A DNA stretch of 63,961 nt, filler included, from a bacterium (GTDB lineage: Bacteria > UBA9089 > CG2-30-40-21 > SBAY01): assembly GCA_040757115.1 (NCBI GenBank). It is 8 parts of 8 records of this genome, joined end to end, with 100 filler letters (N's around TTAATTAATTAA, not from the genome) between each part and the next. Parts side by side here need not be neighbours in the genome. Positions count along the whole stretch, not along the records: positions 41,610 to 49,752 come from JBFLYA010000171.1; positions 49,853 to 57,994 come from JBFLYA010000172.1; positions 58,095 to 63,961 come from JBFLYA010000227.1; 5 more parts are not named here. The stretch is one strand, 5' to 3'. Below are positions 49,552-59,159 of the stretch, in pieces. The number at the start of each line of letters is the position of its first letter. The stretch's first letter is position 1. Below the pieces are notes generated by a model. The model did not search any database and had not been told where the DNA came from. It worked only from the letters and a program-made list of their open reading frames with translations. Made by a program: the position numbers and the translations under genes.

Positions 49552-49977
49552 ATGAGGTTATCAGTAATTCGTAACCGTTCAGGATATAGCCACAGAGTTA
49601 CAGAGAACACAGAGGGAATATAGCAGTTATTAGTCAAAACTTTATTCAGAGTGGATAAGTAAAAAAAATCCCAAATCCCAAGCACCAAATCTCAAATAAA
49701 CACCAAATTCCACATACCAAAAAGCGAATTAGAGATTAGTGAATTAGAGATTNNNNNNNNNNNNNNNNNNNNNNNNNNNNNNNNNNNNNNNNNNNNTTAA
49801 TTAATTAANNNNNNNNNNNNNNNNNNNNNNNNNNNNNNNNNNNNNNNNNNNNGTTGAGAAGATTTTCACATCCTTAATCCCCCGCCAGCGGCGGAGAAGG
49901 GAGAGTACGTCTTTAACCTTAATGCGGGGAGGTTTCTCTTCTAACCGCACAGATCGAATAATTGTGCTGAATAGTTA

Positions 49978-50413
49978 CGGTAAAAGAAAGAATAAAGAAA
50001 CAGGGGCTATATTTCTAAAACAAGCCTGTCCTTTCTATCCTTACAAGATTAACTATATCCTAACTGACAATGGAGCTGAATTTAGTTATAAAGCATTGCC
50101 AAAAGGAAAGAAGACCAAGAAAACTCACCCTTTTGACAAGATTTGTCAAGAAAACAAAATACAACATAGAACTATCAAATTCAAACATCCTTGGACTAAT
50201 GGAATGATGGAGAACTTCAATAAACGAATTAAGAAAAAAATATTGACACAATATCTCTTTCAGAGTATAATAGAAATGAATGGTAAATTGATAGAGTTTA
50301 TTAATGACTATAATATGAATAAAAGACTTAAATCTTTAAACTATAAAACACCATCTCAATATTTAAAAGAAATAAAAAATAGAGATTTAAAATTAATTAA
50401 AATTACCAACTAA
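49978..50413 (+). pseudogene. IS481-like transposase, integrase-core fragment
   Basis: ILTDNGAEF, HPFD..C, HPWTNGMMENFN, YN..RL.SL.YKTP; 5' end replaced by MITE ends. Confidence 0.8.
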
Positions 50414-50581
50414 CGTATCGTTATTTAACACTTAGTTAGTTCACCACAGTCTTCTATAACTTTTGATGGCTGATTAATACTTACATATCATATGCATGCG
50501 GGAGGAATGGTTTACATCCCCATATTTAAGATTACAATGTCCACTATCTTCTTTAGTGGTGCACGAACATGAGAGAATGTT

Positions 50582-51496
50582 ATGGATATAGAGAAATATT
50601 TAGTATCAAAGAAAAATATAATAGAGGAGGCATTGGATTATTATTTGCCTAAGGTTGATGAATATCCAAAGGTTATTCATGAGGCAATGCGCTATGGGGT
50701 TTTTTCAGGCGGGAAAAGAATAAGGGCTATTTTGGTGTTAACCGCAGGGGAATCGGTAGGTGGCAACAATAAAGGATTATTCCAGGCGGCGGCCGCTATA
50801 GAATTAATTCATGCTTATTCACTCATTCATGATGACCTGCCGGCTATTGATGACGATGATTTTAGAAGAGGAAAACCCTCCTGCCATAAAAAATTTAATG
50901 AGGCAATCGCTATATTCACTGGTGATGCCTTACTTACTCATTCCTTTTACTTATTGTCCAAAATTAAAAACTCACCTGCTCGGGTAATAAAAGTTTATGA
51001 AGAAATATCAAAGGCTATTGGCACATCCGGAATGATTGGCGGACAGGTGGTTGATATTGAATCTGAAGATAGTGAAATATTAGATGTTCCGACCCTTGAG
51101 TATATCCATACCCATAAAACAGGTGCTTTAATCTGTGCCGCCGTGAAGGTAGGAACTATCTTAGGTGGTGGAGATAAAAAACAATTACATTTATTAACTC
51201 AATATGGAGAACATATTGGTTTAGCTTTTCAAATTGTCGATGATTTATTAGACCTTGAAGAAGGGATAAAGGGAAGAGACAGAAAAAGTGATTTAGTTAA
51301 GAAGAAATTAACCTACCCGGCGGTCTATGGTATTGAATCATCAAAAAAGCAAGTGACAATATTAATTGAATCTGCAATATCCTGTCTTAAGAATTTTAAT
51401 CATAAGGCTGACCCGCTAAGGGCTATTGCTGAATTTATTGGTAGAAGAGGATCTGTGATTCAGACAGTAGACTATAGACATCAGACCTCAGACTAA
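50582..51496 (+). CDS. ispA: Polyprenyl (farnesyl diphosphate) synthase
   Basis: GGKRIR, IHDDLPAIDDDDFRRGKP, GGQ..D, KTGAL, FQIVDD. Confidence 0.9.
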   Translation: MDIEKYLVSKKNIIEEALDYYLPKVDEYPKVIHEAMRYGVFSGGKRIRAILVLTAGESVGGNNKGLFQAAAAIELIHAYSLIHDDLPAIDDDDFRRGKPSCHKKFNEAIAIFTGDALLTHSFYLLSKIKNSPARVIKVYEEISKAIGTSGMIGGQVVDIESEDSEILDVPTLEYIHTHKTGALICAAVKVGTILGGGDKKQLHLLTQYGEHIGLAFQIVDDLLDLEEGIKGRDRKSDLVKKKLTYPAVYGIESSKKQVTILIESAISCLKNFNHKADPLRAIAEFIGRRGSVIQTVDYRHQTSD

Positions 51497-51753
51497 AGCG
51501 GGCAGAAATTGCAGAAGAATGTTGGAAGAGTTGGAAGTGTTGAAAGGGTTGAAGGAGTTGGAAGGGTTGAAAACATTTCCTTAACTGACACTGACACTGT
51601 CACTGACATAGGTAAGGTTTATGAAAAATTCGGTGGTGTCTTAATCTAGCATAAAGGTTAAAATAGTGTATAGGGTTCTGCAAAATAGGATTTGAGGGAG
51701 ACAACAAATAAATATCAAATATCAAATATTAAATATCAAATATAAATATCAAA

Positions 51754-51867
51754 ATGCAAAATTACAAATCAAATTTCAAAGAGGAAGTAGCAGGGTTTCT
51801 CAAAGAGTTGGAGGAATTTGGTAATATCTTTGCTTCAAGTATTTTAACGCTGAAAGGAAAGAGATAA
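51754..51867 (+). pseudogene. Four helix bundle protein, in-frame internal deletion (37 aa)
   Basis: MQNYKSNFK joined to EEVAGFLKELEEFGNIFASSILTLKGKR, inside a TAGGGTTCTGCAAAA element. Confidence 0.75.
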
Positions 51868-51888
51868 TTTTACTGAACTTTGGCAAAG

Positions 51889-51978
51889 ATAGTTTATAGT
51901 TTATAGTTTATAGTTTATAGTTGATAGTTTATAGTTGAAGGACTATAAACTATACACTATAAACCATAAACTATAAAC
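51889..51978. repeat. 7-nt periodic inverted repeat (TTTATAG)n/(CTATAAA)n
   Basis: Seen directly. Confidence 0.85.
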
Positions 51979-52120
51979 GAGTTTTGCATTTTGCTCTTTG
52001 GAGGAAATCCCTTTTGGACACCAAATCTGCATAGATTTCACTATTAGAGTTATTTTCAGACACCACCAAAGCAAAAGTGTTTTCAAAACGATTTTCTGTT
52101 TTTCAATCGGTGAAAAATCG

Positions 52121-52304
52121 CCACCTGTGCGGTTAAATGTAAAATGGATAATGTAAAATGAGAAATGTAAAATGAAAATGTATAACTGAAAGGTAATGAG
52201 TCTTGCGAAGTACTAAAATTTCCCATTTTTCATTTCCTATTTTACATTTTACATTTATTTTTCCTTTGCGTCTCTGCGATGAATTAGTCTAATCGCACAG
52301 GTGG
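52121..52304 (+). mobile_element. Element B
   Basis: CCACCTGTGCGG...CGCACAGGTGG. Confidence 0.85.
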
Positions 52305-52415
52305 AATTTTTTTGTAAGCTGATTAAACAGATTACATTTTTTATTGTAAGCGGATTGAACGGATTGAGCGGATTTTTTTTATTTCTTTTTCCGCTAAATC
52401 CGTTAAATCCGCTTA

Positions 52416-53081
52416 CTAATCTTTATGTTCATCGGAAATCAAATCGGAACGGTAATAAAAAACGGTAATCTCGTTTTTAGCAAACGGCAGGACATTTTCG
52501 CGCTTCACGCTCTCGTAATCTCTCAAATTTTTAAGGTTTATCTTTGTGTTAAAGTTAAAGCTGTTAAATTCCTCAACATGATTTTTGAATTGGTCCAAAA
52601 GGTCATCGCGGTGAACCAAAAAGAGAATATCTCCTGTAAGCAATTCTTCTTCGGCAATAAGCTTGCCCAAAAGCTCAATAAGTTTAACGATAATCAGCGT
52701 CTTGCCCGAGCCGGTCGCCATCCAAAAGCTCATTCGGTTTATAAAATGTGCGAAAGGGATTTTTGAATCTATGGCGGGATAATCCTTATCATATTCTAAA
52801 AGATATTTTGCCGTCTTTTTGCCTTCCCTCTTTTTCAGGTCGTAATCAAAGTTTTCCCTAAAATCGTTGGTTTGATAGTGAACAAATAAACTCTGTTTGT
52901 CCGCTTTTTTGTCTTTAAAATAAAGCCATAAACCTTTGAGTGCGTTTTGAAGCCCTTCTTTTTGAAAATCAAAAAGCGTCTTGTCTTTTGAAAACCGCGC
53001 AAAATCAAACCCCTGCCATTTTGCCGGTAAGTTTTCAAAAGAAATATCATCTACGATGTTTTGTAAGTATAAGTTACTCAT
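52416..53081 (-). pseudogene. Type III restriction (Res) helicase, truncated
   Basis: FWMATGSGKT Walker A motif; ends before DEAH at a 9-mer hairpin repeat. Confidence 0.85.
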
Positions 53082-53192
53082 TCTTGTTTATACTTTTCTT
53101 TTCGAATTTATTTCCTATTTCTTGTTTGTTTTTCGGGTTTATTTCGGGTTTATTTCGGGTTTTAGTTAAAACATATTTTGTTTTTCTGCCAG

Positions 53193-53776
53193 TTATTCCA
53201 ATTTTTTGAAAATACCCATAGAGCATAAAGAATTTAAGTCAATAAGAGCCATCCTATCTGTTATACCGAACATGCTTCTATACTCTTTATTCGTTACCTC
53301 TCCCTTCTCCTTAACATACATCACCACTTTTATCTGTCTTTCATTTAATCCCATCTTTCTTAAATTTTCTTCTGTATAAATATCTTTATAAAAATAAACT
53401 AAAAACCCGCCAAATTCTTCTTTAAATTCTGGTTCAGGCAGTCCCGCCTTTTTACATTCATCAGTAATTTTAATAGTTCCTCTGCCCCATGCCTCTATCA
53501 ACCCTGCTTTGAAAAACACATCTGCCAACAATTCATTTCTGGGATAAGATGAATGGCTTTTCTTTAATTCATCAATCTTAATTTCTTTTGGAAGTGTTCC
53601 TACATTCCAGCAAATCTTCAAGCAATTTTTTTGAATCCTTTAAGCCAACAGGATTGCCATTATCATCAACTCCGATTAGCAATCTTCCACCATCAGTATT
53701 TGCAAAGGCGCAAAATCCACTTAAGATATTCATCCCGCCAGGATAATTTAAATTCGGTTGTCTGGGATTCTCTCAT
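53193..53776 (-). pseudogene. AlbA_2 (Schlafen-like)-HATPase-wHTH protein, frameshifted and internally deleted
   Basis: MRESQTTEFKLSW..CAFANTDGG.L.IGV.D joined to SYPRNELLADVF..GLIEAWGRG. Confidence 0.8.
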
Positions 53777-53778
53777 AT

Positions 53779-54609
53779 TTATCCCTTTAATCTCTTTTGA
53801 CTTTCTGGTTTCTCTAAATAATTATCTTTAGAGACGATAGATTTCTTTAATCTTCTTTCCAGCTGTCTGCGAGCATTACCAGCAATATCACCACCTGCTT
53901 TAGCATCTGCTTTCAATTTTGGCATGCCCATTGAATCTTCTACCTTATGAATTTCAGTAGTAGCACGCTCACCAAGCATAGTAAAAATTAATTCCAGGTC
54001 ATCCATATGGTCACGCAGATTTTCCCGCTTCAGTCCTTTTAATTCTTTATATTGGCTTGGGGTTATATCAAATGTTGCTTTTGAGATTTCCGCAGTTAAG
54101 ATTTCATAATCCTTCTGTTCCTGTGCCCCTCTTTTTTGCCATTCGTCTGTTAGTTCCTCACGGATGGCAATGCCCCGCATCCTCTTTTCAATCCAATCGT
54201 CAGAATAGCCCTTTAATTTATAAAGCATTCGTGTCCGTTTAGTTGCTAATTCAGGATTTTCTATCTCCTGCACCCGTTCGTAACCAACATGAGCTAACCA
54301 TTTCTTAAACGGCTCGGCTTTTGGTGAAGGTATTGACTGGATAATCCGAAAAACACCTTCTGTATTAGCGCAATCAGTTTCACGCATTTTTCCATCCGGC
54401 GCTTCCAATTTCAACCCGTGACAAAATGTCACGACTTCACTTCCTTCTTCTTTTAATCGCTGTTTCAATTTTCTCCAATAGGCGCCGGCATCGACACTAT
54501 CTGTCAATGCTTCGCATACATCAGTAACCGAAAACCACCACTCGTTTTGATAAATGGTTTTTCTGATTTTTTTGCCCTTGAATAATGCTATTTTTGTTGT
54601 TGTTTCCAT
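53779..54609 (-). CDS. Bro-N domain DNA-binding protein
   Basis: WWFSVTDV, YWRKLKQRL, IQSIPSPKAEPFK.WLA, NLRDHM. Confidence 0.9.
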   Translation of the reverse strand: METTTKIALFKGKKIRKTIYQNEWWFSVTDVCEALTDSVDAGAYWRKLKQRLKEEGSEVVTFCHGLKLEAPDGKMRETDCANTEGVFRIIQSIPSPKAEPFKKWLAHVGYERVQEIENPELATKRTRMLYKLKGYSDDWIEKRMRGIAIREELTDEWQKRGAQEQKDYEILTAEISKATFDITPSQYKELKGLKRENLRDHMDDLELIFTMLGERATTEIHKVEDSMGMPKLKADAKAGGDIAGNARRQLERRLKKSIVSKDNYLEKPESQKRLKG

Positions 54610-54625
54610 ATTTTTACCTCCATTC

Positions 54626-54971
54626 CTACTCCCACCAAATCAATGGTTTAATTATTTTATAATCCAAATCTTTGGTATTGATTTTTGTGCCGTCTTCAAA
54701 CTCCACTTCATAATTCCACTCTTTTAGAGGGGTGGCAAACGAAGTTTGACGGGGTGTTCCTTCCCAGAAATTCAGAGGGGAATTCAACCGGCAAACTTCT
54801 GAAAATTCGGTCGGTTTTGACATAGTAAACCATCTGCGTTTTCCAAAAGAGGATAACATCCTTCTCATCTGTATAAACCTTTTCGTAGATATTGTTGTGA
54901 AAAGGCGTTGAATTGAAATAGATTGAGCCGCTTTTAATAAAGTAGCGGCTGAAAAATGAGTAAAGTTTGTC
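54626..54971 (-). pseudogene. Type III modification (Mod) methylase remnant
   Basis: DKLYSFFSRYF..SGSIYF...DVILFWKTQM.YYVKTDR and C-terminal IKPLIWWE joined by a short repeat. Confidence 0.7.
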
Positions 54972-55035
54972 AACTGATAGGAATTTCCTTTGTGAATCTA
55001 CAGATGAACGCAGATATTAGGATTTAAAAGAAGAA
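54972..55035 (+). repeat. 64-bp direct repeat (partner 55759-55822) flanking a TA module
   Basis: 62/64 identical. Confidence 0.9.
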
Positions 55036-55197
55036 CACGAATTCCACAAATTAACGAATATTACTAATGAAGAAAAAATATAGGAATTCCCTTTAGTTTT
55101 TATTATCCTGATAATCTGCAGAAACCAGCGTCCTATTAACTTGAAAGGCTGTATATCCTCCACTATGAGTAGGGGAGAAGTCCGCTGGATTGTTTTG

Positions 55198-55521
55198 TTA
55201 AGGGTTTTCCAGTTCTTCTCGATCTTGCAGTTTTCTTTTAATAGTCCGGGGAGCACGTGCACAATGGAAAAGTCCATACACAATAATCTGGCCATCTTTT
55301 ATCATGTAATAAATACTATACGGAAATCTTCTGAGCAGACAGCGACGGAATTCTTTATAAACTTTCGGATAAAGCAATGGATTCCATCGAATTCCTCCAA
55401 CACATGCATAAAATATCCGAAGAAATTCCTCCCCAAGTCCCGGTGATTTTGTTTCATACCATACATAAGCACCGATAATATCTTCCTCGATTTCAGGAAG
55501 AAAACGCAGTGGGTATATCAT
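55198..55521 (-). CDS. RelE/ParE family toxin
   Basis: AYVWYE..PGLGEEF, RRCLLRRFPYSIYY, FHCARAP. Confidence 0.9.
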   Translation of the reverse strand: MIYPLRFLPEIEEDIIGAYVWYETKSPGLGEEFLRIFYACVGGIRWNPLLYPKVYKEFRRCLLRRFPYSIYYMIKDGQIIVYGLFHCARAPRTIKRKLQDREELENP

Positions 55522-55739
55522 TTTCTACCTTGTATTTTTGCCTGAAGTTCATCGAGAGATAAAAGAGTCCCCCGCCCAGATTCATATCTTTTGAACCTTT
55601 TGTCCAACTCCTCTATGTGGCTTTGAGGAATAGGAACAACAGATTCATCCGAAGCAATACTATCCCACAGATTCTCAACAAACAAAATCTTTTCCGGCGT
55701 ACTTAATTTAGTGATTTCGGGAATATCATTCACGCGCAC
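55518..55739 (-). CDS. Addiction module antitoxin
   Basis: LSTPEKILFVENLWDSI...EELDKR. Confidence 0.88.
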   Translation of the reverse strand: MRVNDIPEITKLSTPEKILFVENLWDSIASDESVVPIPQSHIEELDKRFKRYESGRGTLLSLDELQAKIQGRK

Positions 55740-55965
55740 TTTTTATCTCCTTTTCTTTAACTGATAGGAATTTCCTTTGTGAATCCACAAATGAACGCAG
55801 ATATTAGGATTTAAAAGAAGAAACTGCATATTACACCTCACTTAAATTCAAGCATAATCCTTCAACTTAACTTAAGTATAGCACGAAGCGATATAAATGT
55901 CAATTAAATTTCATTACAACTCTTCCGTAACCATATCTTCCCTTAAGTCGGTGAATGCTTACGAC

Positions 55966-57465
55966 TTACGCCAGTATCACTGGTAGGCGAAAGGTTTCAC
56001 GGATTATGGTTGCTTCTTGAAGAGTAAAAACAACTATAACCATATCTTCTGGTGAAATCTGATTTAAGAGAACATCACCTGGTATCCGCCATTCTTTTTC
56101 CGATGTCCAATCACTCTTTGATAAGTGATGTAATTGGAATCTAAACCGTTCAGTCGCTGGTAGTTTCTTGAATTTAGATTCAGGGGCATAGATTACTGGT
56201 TTAATCGCCATCTTTTTCAGGATATTTCTCCGAATGCCGATTCCATAAGGTTCAAAAGTCCAGCGAATCAAAGCAGGGTTCCATTTACGGATTTTAATCA
56301 ATTCATTTGGTAGGCAAGCAGTAAATGAAGTTACCGGCGTTTTTCCCCGAATAAGCCGATTACTGGCACGAATAAGTTTTTCTTTGAGAATTCGGCATAA
56401 GGTATCAAAAGCCGTATGCCCGGCATCAGATTCACCAGCAATAAGTGATTGGATATATGCAGATAAAGATTGTCCTGGCCATGGTCCAGGGCAGGCACGA
56501 GTATAATGAAAGAGATACTCATCTAATTTAACCATATCGAGTTCAATTGTATGGAGTGGAGTATCCGTGACACTGCCTACCTCAACTGTCTGAAGTGGCG
56601 TGTCTATGACACTGCCTACCTCCAAAGACTCTGCACCAGATAATAATAAATTCTGATTGCCTTTTGTGTTCTGGTCAAATCTTGTTGGTCGAAATACGGT
56701 AACCTTCTTTTTTTCTGAAAATGATTTAGCCACTAATCTCTGGATATTCCCTTGTGCACAAGCCTCAGCTACAAAGAGATACTCGGCTAAAGCCACTACC
56801 CAGTAATCGCGAGTAACCAATCGTTCCTTACGAGATGGTAAGGTAATTTCAGGTAAGAATGGGGAGATAAACAGTGTCTTTTCTAATCCAAACATATTGC
56901 TGAATTTATCGTAAAAAGCCTTTTGAAGGTCAGGGGTTAATACCCCTGGTAAATATTCATCCAGAACAATAATCACTGGTGAATGAAATTGTTTGGCAAT
57001 AAAGGTAACTATTTCGTAAGTAAGTATGCCAAGGCTGGAAACAATCGTCAGTTTTTTTGCGATTACCTGTTGAGTTAATTTTATTGTTACTTTTAGCCAG
57101 CGAGTAGTAGGTGTTACGGCACGAAGTTTATGTGAATTTAATACCGCGGCCTTAGAGGAATTTAGTATCTCTGGATTCCCCTGAGCAAAAAGGATTTGCT
57201 CACCAATAAATAACACAAAAACACCATTTTCTAACCATTGCTTTGCTTTTTCTTTTGCCTGATGAATATTTAACCGATGAGCAGATAAACCATATCTTTT
57301 ACTTACCTCCGTAATCCAGGTATATGGGTCATCAAAAATATTATTACTTTTATTGATTTTTATCAGAAAGGAAGAAACTTGAGTGGCAGTTAAATGTTTA
57401 AATTGAGAAAATAAGGCAAGAGTAAAAAGTATGGGAAAAGAAGAGTTATCTTTCAATTTTTGCAT
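55966..57465 (-). CDS. Hypothetical DprA/SLOG-like plus AbiGi/ART-like fusion protein
   Basis: GNPEIL, LFISPF, RD..VVALA..LFVAE, GN..LL..GA; C-terminal FHYTR, SFT, PYGIGI, EKEWR. Confidence 0.6.
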   Translation of the reverse strand: MQKLKDNSSFPILFTLALFSQFKHLTATQVSSFLIKINKSNNIFDDPYTWITEVSKRYGLSAHRLNIHQAKEKAKQWLENGVFVLFIGEQILFAQGNPEILNSSKAAVLNSHKLRAVTPTTRWLKVTIKLTQQVIAKKLTIVSSLGILTYEIVTFIAKQFHSPVIIVLDEYLPGVLTPDLQKAFYDKFSNMFGLEKTLFISPFLPEITLPSRKERLVTRDYWVVALAEYLFVAEACAQGNIQRLVAKSFSEKKKVTVFRPTRFDQNTKGNQNLLLSGAESLEVGSVIDTPLQTVEVGSVTDTPLHTIELDMVKLDEYLFHYTRACPGPWPGQSLSAYIQSLIAGESDAGHTAFDTLCRILKEKLIRASNRLIRGKTPVTSFTACLPNELIKIRKWNPALIRWTFEPYGIGIRRNILKKMAIKPVIYAPESKFKKLPATERFRFQLHHLSKSDWTSEKEWRIPGDVLLNQISPEDMVIVVFTLQEATIIRETFRLPVILA

Positions 57466-57692
57466 ACTCCCTGTAATTGGTAACTGGTGATTGGTAACTG
57501 GTAATTAGTTACCAATCACCAGTTACCAGTACCTTATTCGAGCCAAATGCCTTATCACAATTTCGTGCGTTATTTGTTCTACACGACACTATCAACTCCG
57601 TCATTTCCAAGCATACCACAATTTCTTCCTTTTTGCAAGCATTTTTTATTGACTTTTTGGGGAAAACTATGTATAATAATCCGCAGATTTCA

Positions 57693-57985
57693 GTAACCGT
57701 TCAGGTAGTCCTTTACCGCGGAGACGCAGAGGAACAGAGAAGACATAGAAATAAAGTAACTATTCAGCCACTGATTAACACGGATTAGCACGGATAAATC
57801 CAGAGGGCAGAAGGCAGAGGACAGAGGACAACAGGAGGAAAAATCTTCAGCCTAACTACGGACACGGATACCGGACACGATTCACGAATTTTCAGTGTTT
57901 CATCTGTGTCCATCTGTGGCTGAATAGTTATCAATAAATTTTAATTTTTTCTCTGCGTCTCTGTGTCTGTGCGGTGAACGGTTAC
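57693..57985. mobile_element. GTAACCGTTCA element with nested GTAACTATTCA element (57756-57931)
   Basis: Two nested TIR pairs; 9-mer arms. Confidence 0.8.
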
Positions 57986-58413
57986 AGAATTTGTNNNNNN
58001 NNNNNNNNNNNNNNNNNNNNNNNNNNNNNNNNNNNNNNTTAATTAATTAANNNNNNNNNNNNNNNNNNNNNNNNNNNNNNNNNNNNNNNNNNNNACTATT
58101 TTTGTGCCTTTTTAGGGATATAAGTCAAGAAAAATATTTTTAAAAAAACTTAATTTTTTACTTGACATTTCACCATAAGACTTTGTGAGTCGCAGACTCA
58201 TGAGCGTTTCTCCTGAAAATAGCGAATTAGTGAATTAGAGATTAGCGAATTAGTATAGTATCCACAGACTCGTATCCTCTGGTGTAGAACAGATATTCCC
58301 CCTTAATAAAGGGGGTTAGGGGGTTGTTCTTCCATTATTTTCATCCCCCTTTGTGAATCGCAGACTCATGAGCGTTTCTCCTCACAAACTTAGTATAAGA
58401 GGTATTATCAAAA

Positions 58414-58989
58414 ATGTCAATACAATTTTATAAAATGGAATTTACAATATTTTATCTTTTATTTATTACCTGTGCTTTTATTTATGAATTTCTTGCTGAA
58501 GCCTCTATTAAAAAGAAACAAAGAGCACCAGGCAGAATAATGGCTAAATGGTCGTATAGCCTGATGGCAGGTTCTTATATCCTGATTCTTTTTGGTGCTC
58601 CAATTGAGTATTTTATGGTAAAAAAGAATCCTAACCTTATAATTACAGCGATTGGATTAATTATGTATATCTCAGGGCTTTTACTTAGACGGTTGGCTGT
58701 CAAGACCCTGAATAAATTCTGGAGTTTGCATATCGAAATAAAACAAAACCATAAATTGATTAAAGATGGACCGTATAAATATGTTCGACATCCAAATTAT
58801 TTAGCTAGTCTTTTTAAAGGGTTTGGATTTGCACTTATTCCTAACTCATATTATATGGTGGGCTATATCATAGCTGTTTTTGTCCCCATACGATTAATTC
58901 GAATATGGATTGAAGAAAAAGAATTGATTAAAGAGTTTGGACAGGAATATCTTGATTATAAAAAAGAAGTCCCCCTATTTATTCCGTAG
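58414..58989 (+). CDS. Isoprenylcysteine carboxylmethyltransferase family protein
   Basis: L..FWS, HKLIKDGPYKYVRHPNY, RI..EE..L, Y.DY...VP.FIP. Confidence 0.88.
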   Translation: MSIQFYKMEFTIFYLLFITCAFIYEFLAEASIKKKQRAPGRIMAKWSYSLMAGSYILILFGAPIEYFMVKKNPNLIITAIGLIMYISGLLLRRLAVKTLNKFWSLHIEIKQNHKLIKDGPYKYVRHPNYLASLFKGFGFALIPNSYYMVGYIIAVFVPIRLIRIWIEEKELIKEFGQEYLDYKKEVPLFIP

Positions 58990-59159
58990 GTGAACAAGGC
59001 AATATTTATGTCGCAGATAGAAATATTGCCCCACAATATAAAAAAATTTGACAAAGTGGGTAGTTTTATGGTATAATATAAAAAACAGGTTGAATAAACT
59101 AATATGTATTGCCTGTGACAATAAGGGCAATATCTATGTAGAATAAAAAGGGGCAAGAA

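Noticed and set aside
49978-50413. IS481 fragment as the mobiliser of the MITEs
   Set aside because: Truncated, and IS481-type TGT...ACA ends do not match the MITE TIRs.
57649-57677. Consensus-like promoter (TTGACT-17-TATAAT) as evidence for an ncRNA
   Set aside because: It points into a MITE near the contig end; its target gene probably lies beyond the break.
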